32,050 nt of DNA, from assembly GCA_052031475.1 (NCBI GenBank), contig JBPEXP010000035.1, forward strand, positions 1-32,050, given 5' to 3'. A model generated the notes under the pieces. It made no database searches and was not told where the DNA came from. It saw nothing but the letters and a program-made list of their open reading frames with translations. The position numbers and the translations under genes are program-made. Source of the stretch: Flavobacteriaceae bacterium (GTDB lineage: Bacteria; Bacteroidota; Bacteroidia; Flavobacteriales; Flavobacteriaceae). Below, in pieces: positions 8,475-17,803 of the stretch (position 1 is the stretch's first letter; the number at the start of each line of letters is the position of its first letter).

Positions 8475-9302
8475 ATGACCATCAATTGCAAGGGTTCTCT
8501 TTTAGACTTTAGTAGCCCCAGAGTAATGGGCATTCTCAATATCACACCCGATTCTTTCTACGATGGTGGAAAATATCCGGATGAAAAGGCCTTACTCCTT
8601 CAAACTGAAAAAATGTTGCGAGAAGGGGCCAGTATTATCGACATAGGGGCATATAGTTCCCGTCCGGGTGCTACCGATATTTCTGAAGACGAGGAATTAG
8701 GCCGGATTGTGCCTATCGTAGAATTGATCCTTGGCAATTTTCCATCTGCTATATTATCCGTGGACACCTTCAGGGCTGGAGTGGCGAGGATCTGTATCGA
8801 GGCAGGGGCGGCTATGGTCAATGATATATCCGGTGGCGATTTGGATAGCCGGATGATGAAAACAGTAGCCGAATTGCAAGTCCCCTATATTATGATGCAT
8901 ATGCGCGGCAGTCCTCAGAATATGACCAAACTAACGGATTACGAGGATGTACTTATAGATGTTCGCTACAGTTTATCCGAAAAGGTTGCCAGGGCCCGGC
9001 AGCTGAAAATTAACGATGTGATCATAGACCCCGGTTTCGGATTTGCCAAAACGCGGTCTCAAAATTTTTCCTTGTTAAAACACCTGGACCTTTTCCTGCC
9101 TTTTGACGTGCCTCTCCTGGTAGGGCTGAGCCGAAAGTCCATGATATACAAAACCCTGGGCACAGATGCCGAACGTGCACTGAACGGTACCACCGCCCTG
9201 AACATGTATGCGCTGAACAAAGGAGCTCATATTCTCAGAGTCCATGATGTGAAGGAAGCTGTGGAATGCGTGAGACTTTTTGAGGAACTGAGGGATGCCT
9301 GA
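8475..9302 (+). CDS. folP: Dihydropteroate synthase
   Basis: MGILNITPDSFYDGG, DIGAYSSRPGA and ILRVHDV motifs. The start is set at ATG 8475 (MTINCKG). The track start at 8430 is a TTG. Confidence 0.92.
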   Translation: MTINCKGSLLDFSSPRVMGILNITPDSFYDGGKYPDEKALLLQTEKMLREGASIIDIGAYSSRPGATDISEDEELGRIVPIVELILGNFPSAILSVDTFRAGVARICIEAGAAMVNDISGGDLDSRMMKTVAELQVPYIMMHMRGSPQNMTKLTDYEDVLIDVRYSLSEKVARARQLKINDVIIDPGFGFAKTRSQNFSLLKHLDLFLPFDVPLLVGLSRKSMIYKTLGTDAERALNGTTALNMYALNKGAHILRVHDVKEAVECVRLFEELRDA

Positions 9303-9370
9303 TCGGTGTTTTTTGAGCCGACCAAAAAAATATTGATGCTTATTTTCTAATTTTACAAAAACGGCAGAGT

Positions 9371-10156
9371 TTGGAATTTTTAGATTTCCTGGATTTCAAG
9401 GTTACAGACATCATAGACATTGTACTGGTCGCCATCCTTCTCTACTACATTTACAAGCTGGTCCGTGGTACTGCCGCCATCAATATTTTTATCGGTATCG
9501 TCATTATCTGGGGATTTTGGAAACTCACCCAACTATTGGGCATGAAAATGATCAGCAGCATGGTAGGCGGTTTTATGCAAGTGGGACTGATTGCCCTAAT
9601 TATTGTGTTCCAGCAGGAAATACGGAAGTTTCTTTTGATGATTGGCTCCACCAATCTCGGGAAAAAATCCAACTGGGCCAGAAGATTTAAATTTCTGAGG
9701 CAGGAAGACATTACTACTGCTACGGATATTGAGGCCATATTGAATGCCTGTGAAAAAATGTCCAAGACCAGAACAGGAGCCATCCTCGTTTTTAAAAGAA
9801 ATAACTCCCTGGATTTTGTCAAATCCACAGGCGATAAAATGTACCTGGAAATCAATCAGCCCATCATTGAGAGTATTTTTTTTAAGAACAGCCCTCTGCA
9901 TGACGGAGCTGCCATCATTGAGAAAAACCACATCGTGGCTACACGGGTCATTCTCCCGGTATCCAATGAGCGGCATATCCCTCTCAGATTTGGTTTGCGC
10001 CACCGCGCTGCCGTTGGGATCACAGAGCGCACAGACGCCATTGCACTGGTAGTCAGCGAGGAAACAGGCTTGATATCCTACATCAAGAACGGTGATTTTG
10101 TCATGTATAAAGACTTAACTGAATTGGCCGCACTAATAGCCGATGACCTGCTGTGA
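9371..10156 (+). CDS. cdaA: Diadenylate cyclase (c-di-AMP synthase), membrane-anchored CdaA/DacA type
   Basis: Three N-terminal TM segments, then DAC-domain motifs LHDGAAII, GLRHRAAVGITE and VVSEETGLIS. The apparent start is TTG at 9371, with no in-frame ATG near the N-terminus. Confidence 0.9.
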   Translation: MEFLDFLDFKVTDIIDIVLVAILLYYIYKLVRGTAAINIFIGIVIIWGFWKLTQLLGMKMISSMVGGFMQVGLIALIIVFQQEIRKFLLMIGSTNLGKKSNWARRFKFLRQEDITTATDIEAILNACEKMSKTRTGAILVFKRNNSLDFVKSTGDKMYLEINQPIIESIFFKNSPLHDGAAIIEKNHIVATRVILPVSNERHIPLRFGLRHRAAVGITERTDAIALVVSEETGLISYIKNGDFVMYKDLTELAALIADDLL

Positions 10157-10938
10157 ATATGGAATGCAAGAATTGTCTGAAAAGTCAAACTGCTGAGTTC
10201 AACTTTTGTCCGGAGTGCGGCGCCAAAGTAATCCGCAATCGACTGACCCTGAAAAATCTGGCTGTCGACATATTTCAGCGTTTCTTTGATATTGACAATA
10301 CATTTTTAAGAACGTTCAGGCATCTTTCTGTCCGGCCCGATCTGGTCATCGACAGTTATGTAAAAGGGATTCGGCGGAAATACCTGAATCCTGTGGGCTA
10401 TTTTGGAATTGCGCTGACACTCTCCGGTCTGCTGCTTTTCCTTATGCGCAAATTATTTACTGATCAAATAGATTACGATGTCATGGATCAGGGAGTAAAT
10501 CCCGAGGTCATGAACAAGGTCATGAACGTGCTCTTTGATCTGAACACCTTAATATTCATCTTCTACGTACCGATCTTTGCTATTGCAGCCTGGCTTACTT
10601 TCAACAAAAAAGGATACAACCTGACGGAGTACAGCATTTTTTATATGTACATCCTGGCTCATTGGAGCATCGTATCTTTTCCCATAAGTTTGATCACCCT
10701 GATTATATCACCGGATGACTACCTGGTCATTGGCTTTCCCATGCTGTTTTTTCTCATTGTGTTTGCTATCTACGCCATGCAGAGACTGCACAGGTTTAAG
10801 ACGCTTCCTCTCATCCTGAGAACACCTGTATTCACCCTTCTGGTCCTGGGAGGATATTTTGGGTTTATCGTGCTTATCTATGGGGTATTATTTCTGACGG
10901 GAGTAATTTCACTCGCAGATTTCGCACCGGTCAAGTAA
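10153..10938 (+). CDS. Zinc-ribbon membrane protein (DUF3667-like)
   Basis: CKNC...CPEC zinc ribbon at the N-terminus, followed by several TM segments. GTG 10153 overlaps the cdaA stop (GTGA). ATG 10159 is in frame, 2 nt after that stop. Confidence 0.7.
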   Translation: MNMECKNCLKSQTAEFNFCPECGAKVIRNRLTLKNLAVDIFQRFFDIDNTFLRTFRHLSVRPDLVIDSYVKGIRRKYLNPVGYFGIALTLSGLLLFLMRKLFTDQIDYDVMDQGVNPEVMNKVMNVLFDLNTLIFIFYVPIFAIAAWLTFNKKGYNLTEYSIFYMYILAHWSIVSFPISLITLIISPDDYLVIGFPMLFFLIVFAIYAMQRLHRFKTLPLILRTPVFTLLVLGGYFGFIVLIYGVLFLTGVISLADFAPVK

Positions 10939-10947
10939 AGAGATCTA

Positions 10948-12714
10948 CTAGGCGACTTCTTCAGCCAGGAACTGGGCTTCATAGAGCTTGCTGTAGTAAC
11001 CGCCTTTTTTGAGAAGTTCTTTATGCGTGCCTGTTTCTACAATTCTACCGGCATCCATGACCAGGATATTGTCTGCCTTTTTAACGGTTGCCAGTCTGTG
11101 AGCGATGATGATGGAGGTCCTGCCTTCGGTTATTTTTTCAGTAGCTCGCTGGATCAGTTGTTCGGAGTAGGTATCTACCGAAGAAGTAGCTTCATCCAGT
11201 ACCAGGATACTGGGGTTACTTACATAGGCTCTCAGGAAAGCGATCAATTGTCTTTGACCACTTGAAAGCATGGTGCCCCGTTCCTTTACATTGTACTGAT
11301 AACCGCCCGGAAGACTGGAGATGAATTCGTGCACACCGATCTGCCTGGCTGCATCCTCTATAGCCTCCAGCGTCACATCTTCATTCTTCAGGCTGATATT
11401 GTTGGCGATGGTATCGGCAAAGAGAAAGACGTCCTGAAGCACAATGGCGATATTTTTACGCAACGAGCCCAGTTTAAAGTCCTTCACATCAATACCGTCA
11501 ATGAGAATGGAACCTGAGTCTATTTCGTAGAACCTGTTCAGTAAGTTAATTATGGTAGACTTGCCGGCGCCTGTGGCACCTACTATGGCCACAGTCTGAC
11601 CCACCTTTACATCAAAGGAAATCCCGTGTAGTACTTCCTCACCCTGCAGGTAACTGAATCTCACATTGTTAAAACGGATATTGCCCAGTACGTTTTCTTT
11701 TTCCTCCTTACCGGTATCATCTATTTTACTGTCCGTATCCAAAATCTTAAACACGCGGTTGGCTGCCACCATACCCATCTGAAGCGTATTGAACTTATCG
11801 GCGATCTGTCTTAGAGGTTGAAATAACATACCCGAAAGGAGAATGAAGGCAAAGATGGTCCCAAATTCATCTACATTGAGATTGGTCACATTCTGAAGAC
11901 CTCCGTACCACACAATCAATCCCACGGTAATAGACGAAACTATGTCGGCAATGGGAAAGAAAAATGAGTTGTACCAAACGGTCTTCAACCAGGCTTTTTT
12001 ATGTTTTTCATTGATCTCCCTGAAATTCCTGCTTTCGATAGATTCTCTGGTGAATAACTGTACGATCTTCATCCCGGTAATCCGTTCCTGGACAAAAGAA
12101 TTGAGATTGCTCACCTGGGCCCTTACATCGATAAAAGCCTTTTTCATGGCCTGCTGAAAGATACGGGTTGCATAGAGGATGATGGGTAGAACCAGGAAAA
12201 CGATAAGGGCCAGTTTCCAGTTAAGAATAAGCATCACCACGGCCACCACCAGCATTTTCAGGAAATCTGCCACGATGACAAAGAAACCCTGACTAAAAAT
12301 CTCACCGATCCTCTGCATATCTGCCACTGCCCTTGTAACCAGTACGCCAATGGAAGAATTGTCAAAGTACTTCATTTTAAAGCCCAACATCCGGTCAAAG
12401 AGTTTAATACGGATGTCTTTGATGACAGATTCTCCCAACCAATTAGCGTAGTAATTGAATGACAGCTGACTGATGACCTGTCCCAGTAAGACGGCAGCCA
12501 TGGCCATGGTGAGGTACCATAACTTCTCTGCATCGCTTTGTTTGATGGCTCCGTCTACAATTTCACTAACGATCAGAGGGGTGACCACTGCGAAGCCAGA
12601 CAATAGAATGGCGGCCAGGGCTACTCCGTAGAAAGTGAGCCTGTATGGTCTTGTATGGGCAACTACCCGTTTAAAAAGTCGGAAATCAAAAGCTTTGCCA
12701 GCGTCTTTATCCAT
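10948..12714 (-). CDS. ABC transporter, fused permease/ATPase exporter (MsbA-like)
   Basis: Six-TM domain, Walker A GATGAGKST, signature LSSGQRQ and Walker B ILVLDEATS. The start is set at ATG 12714 (MDKDAGKAFDFRLFKR), giving an 8-nt overlap with the truA stop. Confidence 0.9.
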   Translation of the reverse strand: MDKDAGKAFDFRLFKRVVAHTRPYRLTFYGVALAAILLSGFAVVTPLIVSEIVDGAIKQSDAEKLWYLTMAMAAVLLGQVISQLSFNYYANWLGESVIKDIRIKLFDRMLGFKMKYFDNSSIGVLVTRAVADMQRIGEIFSQGFFVIVADFLKMLVVAVVMLILNWKLALIVFLVLPIILYATRIFQQAMKKAFIDVRAQVSNLNSFVQERITGMKIVQLFTRESIESRNFREINEKHKKAWLKTVWYNSFFFPIADIVSSITVGLIVWYGGLQNVTNLNVDEFGTIFAFILLSGMLFQPLRQIADKFNTLQMGMVAANRVFKILDTDSKIDDTGKEEKENVLGNIRFNNVRFSYLQGEEVLHGISFDVKVGQTVAIVGATGAGKSTIINLLNRFYEIDSGSILIDGIDVKDFKLGSLRKNIAIVLQDVFLFADTIANNISLKNEDVTLEAIEDAARQIGVHEFISSLPGGYQYNVKERGTMLSSGQRQLIAFLRAYVSNPSILVLDEATSSVDTYSEQLIQRATEKITEGRTSIIIAHRLATVKKADNILVMDAGRIVETGTHKELLKKGGYYSKLYEAQFLAEEVA

Positions 12715-13459
12715 TGACGGAAAGAATATTATTAGGGTACTGAACCCGAACCAAAGATAGTCCTTTTGCAGGTACGGAAGCGCCTGCATTCTGCCGGTCC
12801 CTGCTTTTTATAATAGTCTTAACATCTTCAACCGATATTTTGCCTTGGCCCACTTCCAAAAGGGTCCCTACGATGGCACGGACCATATTTCGCAAAAAAC
12901 GGTCGGCACTTATGCGAAAGATCAAGAGATCACCCTGCCTTTCCCAGCGTGCCTCTCTAACATCACATACAAAGGTCTTTACATCGGTATTCGTCCTTGA
13001 AAAACACTCGAAATCCTTTTTGCCAAGTAGTTCGTTGGCGGCCTCATTCATCAGGTCAATATCGTATTGCGTTCTGTTGTAACAGGCCGTATCAAGCCGG
13101 AAGGGATCCTTAGATTGGGTGATCGTGTATTCATAGCTGCGCTCGGTGGCCGAAAAACGGGCATGGGCATCGTCTTGAACGCTAAAAATTTCCCCAACTG
13201 CAATATCTTCCGGAAGGAATGAGTTTAGCCTTTTCACCATAGCTGGCGGATCTATTTTTGCAGAGCTATCAAAGTGAGCATACATCTCTGCTGCATGCAC
13301 TCCTGTATCAGTGCGGCCGGCAGCCACCAATTCAATATCATCTTTTAACAGATGGACAAAACAGTGTTCCATAGACTCCTGTACCGATTGGGCATTGGGC
13401 TGCTTCTGCCAGCCGTGATATTGCTTGCCCAGGTATGAAAAGCGTACAAAATATCTCAA
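12707..13459 (-). CDS. truA: tRNA pseudouridine(38-40) synthase
   Basis: Catalytic GRTDTGVHA motif. The canonical N-terminus MRYFVRFSYLGKQYHGWQKQPN is obtained only from a TTG start at 13459. The longer track ORF would overlap the divergent gene that starts at 13574. Confidence 0.88.
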   Translation of the reverse strand: MRYFVRFSYLGKQYHGWQKQPNAQSVQESMEHCFVHLLKDDIELVAAGRTDTGVHAAEMYAHFDSSAKIDPPAMVKRLNSFLPEDIAVGEIFSVQDDAHARFSATERSYEYTITQSKDPFRLDTACYNRTQYDIDLMNEAANELLGKKDFECFSRTNTDVKTFVCDVREARWERQGDLLIFRISADRFLRNMVRAIVGTLLEVGQGKISVEDVKTIIKSRDRQNAGASVPAKGLSLVRVQYPNNILSVNG

Positions 13460-13573
13460 GGGTTTGATTAATTTTGTGAACAGCAAAGATATCCCAATCT
13501 TTTTAGTTAAATCGCCCACTGACTTGCACCTCAGACTATCAGTATTAATCCATCTAAAGGAAGATCTGATCCA

Positions 13574-14068
13574 ATGACAAAAATCCTGCTGCTTTCCGAT
13601 ACACACGGACATGTGGATGACCTGATCCTTAAATATGCTGCAAAGGCCGATCAGATATGGCATGCGGGAGATATCGGAGATTTAAGCGTAACCGATGCAC
13701 TGGCAGAAAAAGCAACACTTGTAGCGGTTCACGGCAACATTGATCATCATTTGATCCAAAGGGAATTTCCCCTTCACCAGCGTTTTAAGTGCGAAGAAGT
13801 GGATGTTTGGATGACTCATATTGGAGGATATCCCGGTCGATATGACAGACGTGTGCGGGACGAGATCCGCCAGCGACCTCCTCAGTTGTTTATCTGTGGT
13901 CATTCTCATATTCTCAAAGTAATGAACGACAAGAATCTCAAGCTGCTGCATATGAATCCCGGTGCCTGTGGCAAGCGCGGGCTTCACAGCGTCAGAACCA
14001 TGCTAAGATTTACAATCCATCAAAGCGACATCAGGGATCTGGAGGTCATTGAACTGGGGAAGAGGTAG
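13574..14068 (+). CDS. Metallophosphoesterase, YfcE/MJ0936 family
   Basis: LSDTHGH, GD, HGNID and GHSH motifs in 164 aa. Confidence 0.85.
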   Translation: MTKILLLSDTHGHVDDLILKYAAKADQIWHAGDIGDLSVTDALAEKATLVAVHGNIDHHLIQREFPLHQRFKCEEVDVWMTHIGGYPGRYDRRVRDEIRQRPPQLFICGHSHILKVMNDKNLKLLHMNPGACGKRGLHSVRTMLRFTIHQSDIRDLEVIELGKR

Positions 14069-14094
14069 TATACTCGAGTTAAATATCTAAGATT

Positions 14095-14520
14095 ATGAAC
14101 CATATCAACGAACATTTTAAACTGGAATGCCTGGATCATGTGGCGCTAAGGGTCAAAGACTTAGACCGGTCCGTGTCATGGTATAAACAGGTGCTGGGCT
14201 TAATGGTATATCAACCCGAAGCCTGGGGTGCATTCCCCATTTTTTTGCTTGCCGGTACTACCGGGATCGCCCTGTTTCCATCAGATCCTGAGTTGGAGAT
14301 GCCAAACCGGCATCTTAAACACGTTAAAATTGACCACTTTGCCTTCCGGCTGTCGCAGGCAGATTTTGAGAAGGCGAAAAGCAGATATGATGAACTGGGT
14401 TTGAAATACCATATTCAGGATCATCACTATTTCCATTCCATGTACACGGAGGATCCGGACGGACATTTGGTAGAGCTCACCACGCTGGTGGTTCGGCCCG
14501 AAGATTTTTATCGCCTATAG
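14095..14520 (+). CDS. VOC (glyoxalase/bleomycin resistance/dioxygenase) family protein
   Basis: LDHVALRVKDLDRSVSWYKQVLGL and DPDGHLVEL, typical of the VOC fold. 141 aa. Confidence 0.8.
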   Translation: MNHINEHFKLECLDHVALRVKDLDRSVSWYKQVLGLMVYQPEAWGAFPIFLLAGTTGIALFPSDPELEMPNRHLKHVKIDHFAFRLSQADFEKAKSRYDELGLKYHIQDHHYFHSMYTEDPDGHLVELTTLVVRPEDFYRL

Positions 14521-14540
14521 TGCAAACTATTTAATAGCTA

Positions 14541-14573
14541 AAAACCCCGACAAGCAAAGCTGTCAGGGTTTTT
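14541..14573. terminator. Bidirectional intrinsic terminator between convergent genes
   Basis: AAAACCCCGACA-loop-TGTCAGGGTTTTT forms a 10-bp stem with one mismatch. It has an A-run on one side and a T-run on the other. Confidence 0.7.
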
Positions 14574-14600
14574 CGCACTAATACTACTAAGATATCAGGT

Positions 14601-15011
14601 TTAACGCAAACGATCTACAGATTTTACGAGATCCTCATCCCTCTTGATAGCCCTGTTGGCCAGGACCAGAAAAACGATAGAAAAAACCGGGATCAGCATC
14701 CCAATACCCTTCTCAGGAACCTCAGTTCCTCCGGATACACTTAGTGATCTGTAAACGAAAAATCCTAGTAAAAAAAGATTCAATATGATATTCAGCCTGT
14801 TTACCACAAACTGATTTTGCCTGTTCTTGTATAATAATATACTGATCAGCGCCAGTAAAGCTACCCCGTAAAAGGCCACCGCCAGCCATCCGATCTCGTC
14901 AAAGAACACAGCACTTCCTTCAGGATTCGTCCATACGGATGCCCATTGCACAAGCACAGCGCTCAAAAGGAGCACGATCAGTAAATAAAGGCTTTGAATT
15001 CTCTGGATCAC
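14601..15011 (-). CDS. DUF4293-like small membrane protein
   Basis: 136 aa with 4 TM segments and N-terminus MIQRIQSLYLL. GTG start. It is divergent from rho, which I recall as typical flavobacterial synteny. Confidence 0.7.
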   Translation of the reverse strand: MIQRIQSLYLLIVLLLSAVLVQWASVWTNPEGSAVFFDEIGWLAVAFYGVALLALISILLYKNRQNQFVVNRLNIILNLFLLGFFVYRSLSVSGGTEVPEKGIGMLIPVFSIVFLVLANRAIKRDEDLVKSVDRLR

Positions 15012-15033
15012 CTACTTATATTCTTTGGAACAG

Positions 15034-15041
15034 CAAAAATA
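15034..15041 (-). promoter_or_regulatory. Candidate Bacteroidota -7 promoter box (TATTTTTG) for the DUF4293 gene
   Basis: Exact match to TAnnTTTG on the minus strand, 22 nt upstream of the GTG start. I see no convincing -33 TTTG. Confidence 0.4.
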
Positions 15042-15333
15042 CGGGTCTTGTAACTAATTTCTGAGCATATTCGTAAAAAAATAGATGGATCAATAGGAAA
15101 ATGATCAAAGACCAATTTTTTATGGAATCATGAAGGTTTAACAAATACAGCAGAGTGAATCGATTCTAATTCAAATATTTAAGGCATTAAGACGATATAT
15201 TGAAAATAATTTGTAATATTGCTGCGTTATTAGTTATACCACTTACCGCTTGGGAAATCTTTCCCACGTAATACCCAAATAACAAAACACTTCTTTTTTC
15301 TAGTTAGATTAAGTATAATTTATTACATACTCA

Positions 15334-16911
15334 ATGTTTGAGATTTCAGAATTAAAAGCTAAGAAGCTACCTGAGCTTCAGCAGATTGCAAAAGATTTAA
15401 ATGTCCCCAAGTACCAAAAACTCAAGAAATTAGACCTGGTTTATCAAATTCTTGATGTTCAGGCGAGCAACCCCAAAACGGTCAGGGAAACAGTAGGTGC
15501 TATGGAAGGAAAGTCAGATCAAAAACCGCATCAGGCAGCTGAAAACAAATCAGCTGACGTGGCCTCAGCTGCAAAGGAAGACAGTGGCGGAAAGTCACAA
15601 TCCGATAGCAGCCAGGGCGGAAAAACGGATCAAAAATCACAGCACAGGCAAAATCAGAATAAAAAAGACCACAGCCGATCCCAGCAAAAAGGGCAACAGT
15701 CAAAAAAATCCCAACACAGCAAGAACGGGCAGGAGAAAAAGTCCAGTAATTTTGATAAAGACCTGAAGAACAAATACAAGCAGCCCGAATACGAGTTTGA
15801 CAGTATCATAGAGAGCGAAGGCGTTCTTGATATTATGCAGGACGGCTACGGATTCCTTCGTTCTTCGGACTACAACTATCTCTCATCTCCAGACGACATC
15901 TATGTGTCTCAGTCACAAATAAGGCTTTTTGGCCTGAAGACCGGTGACACGGTACTGGGAAATGTAAGACCCCCCAAAGAAGGTGAAAAATATTTCCCGC
16001 TGATCAAGGTGAATAAGATCAATGGCCTGGACCCGCAAGTAGTTAGGGACCGGGTTTCTTTTGAACACCTCACTCCCCTTTTCCCACAGGAAAAATTTAA
16101 GCTGGCGGAGCGCCAAAGTACTATATCCACCAGGGTCATGGACCTCTTTTCACCCATCGGTAAAGGCCAGAGGGGTATGATCGTATCCCAGCCCAAGACG
16201 GGTAAGACCATGCTGCTTAAAGACATTGCCAATGCCATTGCGGCGAATCATCCTGAGGTATACCAGATCATTCTACTGATCGATGAAAGGCCGGAGGAAG
16301 TTACGGACATGCAACGAAATGTTAGCGGGGAAGTGGTGGCATCTACTTTCGATAAAGAAGCAACCGAACACGTTCGGGTGGCCAATATCGTCCTCGAAAA
16401 AGCTAAGAGACTGGTAGAGTGCGGCCACGATGTGGTCATTCTCCTCGATTCCATCACACGTTTGGCCAGAGCCTACAATACGGTACAACCTGCATCGGGC
16501 AAGGTCCTCAGTGGTGGTGTTGACGCCAATGCCCTGCACAAACCCAAAAGATTCTTCGGTGCTGCGAGAAATATTGAAAATGGAGGTTCACTTTCCATCA
16601 TCGCCACAGCGCTTACCGAAACCGGATCTAAGATGGACGAAGTGATCTTTGAAGAATTCAAGGGAACGGGTAACATGGAATTGCAGCTCGACAGAAGGAT
16701 CAGCAACAGAAGGATCTTCCCAGCCATCGATCTGGTCAGCTCTTCTACACGTAGAGATGATCTCCTCCTGGACGACACTACGGTACAGCGTATGTGGATC
16801 ATGAGAAAATACCTGGCAGATATGAATCCTGTAGAGGCCATGGAATTCATGGAGCAGCGCATCAAACAAACCAAAAACAACGAAGAATTCCTGATGACGA
16901 TGAACGAGTAG
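15334..16911 (+). CDS. rho: Transcription termination factor Rho with a long low-complexity N-terminal insertion
   Basis: Rho_N helix ([21 protein letters not shown]), cold-shock-like RNA-binding domain ([15 protein letters not shown]), Walker A SQPKTGKT and a conserved C-terminus. A Q/K/S-rich insertion of about 105 aa separates the first two. Confidence 0.95.
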   Translation: MFEISELKAKKLPELQQIAKDLNVPKYQKLKKLDLVYQILDVQASNPKTVRETVGAMEGKSDQKPHQAAENKSADVASAAKEDSGGKSQSDSSQGGKTDQKSQHRQNQNKKDHSRSQQKGQQSKKSQHSKNGQEKKSSNFDKDLKNKYKQPEYEFDSIIESEGVLDIMQDGYGFLRSSDYNYLSSPDDIYVSQSQIRLFGLKTGDTVLGNVRPPKEGEKYFPLIKVNKINGLDPQVVRDRVSFEHLTPLFPQEKFKLAERQSTISTRVMDLFSPIGKGQRGMIVSQPKTGKTMLLKDIANAIAANHPEVYQIILLIDERPEEVTDMQRNVSGEVVASTFDKEATEHVRVANIVLEKAKRLVECGHDVVILLDSITRLARAYNTVQPASGKVLSGGVDANALHKPKRFFGAARNIENGGSLSIIATALTETGSKMDEVIFEEFKGTGNMELQLDRRISNRRIFPAIDLVSSSTRRDDLLLDDTTVQRMWIMRKYLADMNPVEAMEFMEQRIKQTKNNEEFLMTMNE

Positions 16912-16943
16912 GAATTTCTTGGATTATAATAATTTATAGATTG

Positions 16944-16977
16944 ATCCCGGCCTCTGCAGAGTCCGGGATTTTTTTTT
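16944..16977 (+). terminator. Intrinsic terminator of rho
   Basis: ATCCCGG-12 nt loop-CCGGGAT followed by T9. Confidence 0.8.
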
Positions 16978-17097
16978 GACCTGAAGAAGTATTGGCCCCG
17001 GATTATCTGAATAATAGAATAAGTACTACATTTAAAGAAAGAAATATAGTCCTGCTCTATTTATTACAAACGCATTAATAACCTTAATCCACTTATT

Positions 17098-17787
17098 ATG
17101 AAGAATTCAAGTAAGGCCTGTTATTTTATGGCCCTGGTTATGAGCCTAATATTAACAGCTTGCGGGGAGCAGTCGCAGCGCGAAACCTCCGCTGCTTCAG
17201 AACAGGTAGAAGCCCCAAAGCAGATTATCAGTCTCGAGGAGGCTCAATCTATGTACAAAAATTACAGTGAACGCCGAGTACCGCTGATTCAGAAATATGA
17301 GGACAGCCTGAACCGCAGTATGCGGGATACTGCAAGCTTCGATGTGGCCCGCTATACTTATTACGATTACCATACTATAAAACAATATCTGGCTTATATA
17401 GAGCAGGAAGCGGCTGCAGCCGGAGTAGAGATAAGTTCTCTTCGCTTCTACTACAGTAATTATCCTGATCAGCAAACCTTTGCTGACGGAACTCCCATCA
17501 TGCATCCGAGACAGAATTCATTTTTTATTATTCCGGCCCTGAAGCAGGAAGGTGAGGATTGGGCGTTTAATATTGAAGATGCCGGAGATGGCACCAAGCG
17601 CGCTGTAATACTTCATGCAGATTTACAAGCCGTTGATGGAAAGAACATGGGCATGATCAATAATGGTCGCGATAAAGCTTATGCAGGTCATCTGATGTCC
17701 GGTCCTTCCGGTCCGGTGCCCGCTGCATTTGGCAACGGAAGTGTAGTCCTTAACCACGGCGGTGCGGCACCACCACCCTGGCAATAA
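17098..17787 (+). CDS. Hypothetical lipoprotein
   Basis: Signal peptide with lipobox LILTACG. 229 aa with no recognisable motifs. First gene of a tightly spaced three-gene run. Confidence 0.6.
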   Translation: MKNSSKACYFMALVMSLILTACGEQSQRETSAASEQVEAPKQIISLEEAQSMYKNYSERRVPLIQKYEDSLNRSMRDTASFDVARYTYYDYHTIKQYLAYIEQEAAAAGVEISSLRFYYSNYPDQQTFADGTPIMHPRQNSFFIIPALKQEGEDWAFNIEDAGDGTKRAVILHADLQAVDGKNMGMINNGRDKAYAGHLMSGPSGPVPAAFGNGSVVLNHGGAAPPPWQ

Positions 17788-17803
17788 AACCGAATAATCA
17801 CCG

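Noticed and set aside
9451-10052. Antisense and off-frame ORFs within cdaA. Similar sets occur within rho (15497..16979), the SDR-like gene (18557..19016), proS (19697..20645) and cysS (28413..29767).
   Set aside because: All are nested in CDS with unambiguous catalytic motifs. None has a signal sequence, motif or start context suggesting a real overlapping gene.
13460-13663. 68-codon N-terminal extension of the truA ORF
   Set aside because: It would overlap the divergent phosphoesterase gene (from 13574) and the shared promoter region. The canonical TruA N-terminus (MRYF..YxGxxYHGWQxQ) begins at the TTG at 13459.
15012-15333. Tiny ORFs in the rho leader (for example ATG GAT CAA TAG, and a 10-codon ORF)
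   Set aside because: They are too short and lack any supporting context. The region is reported only as an unusually long leader.
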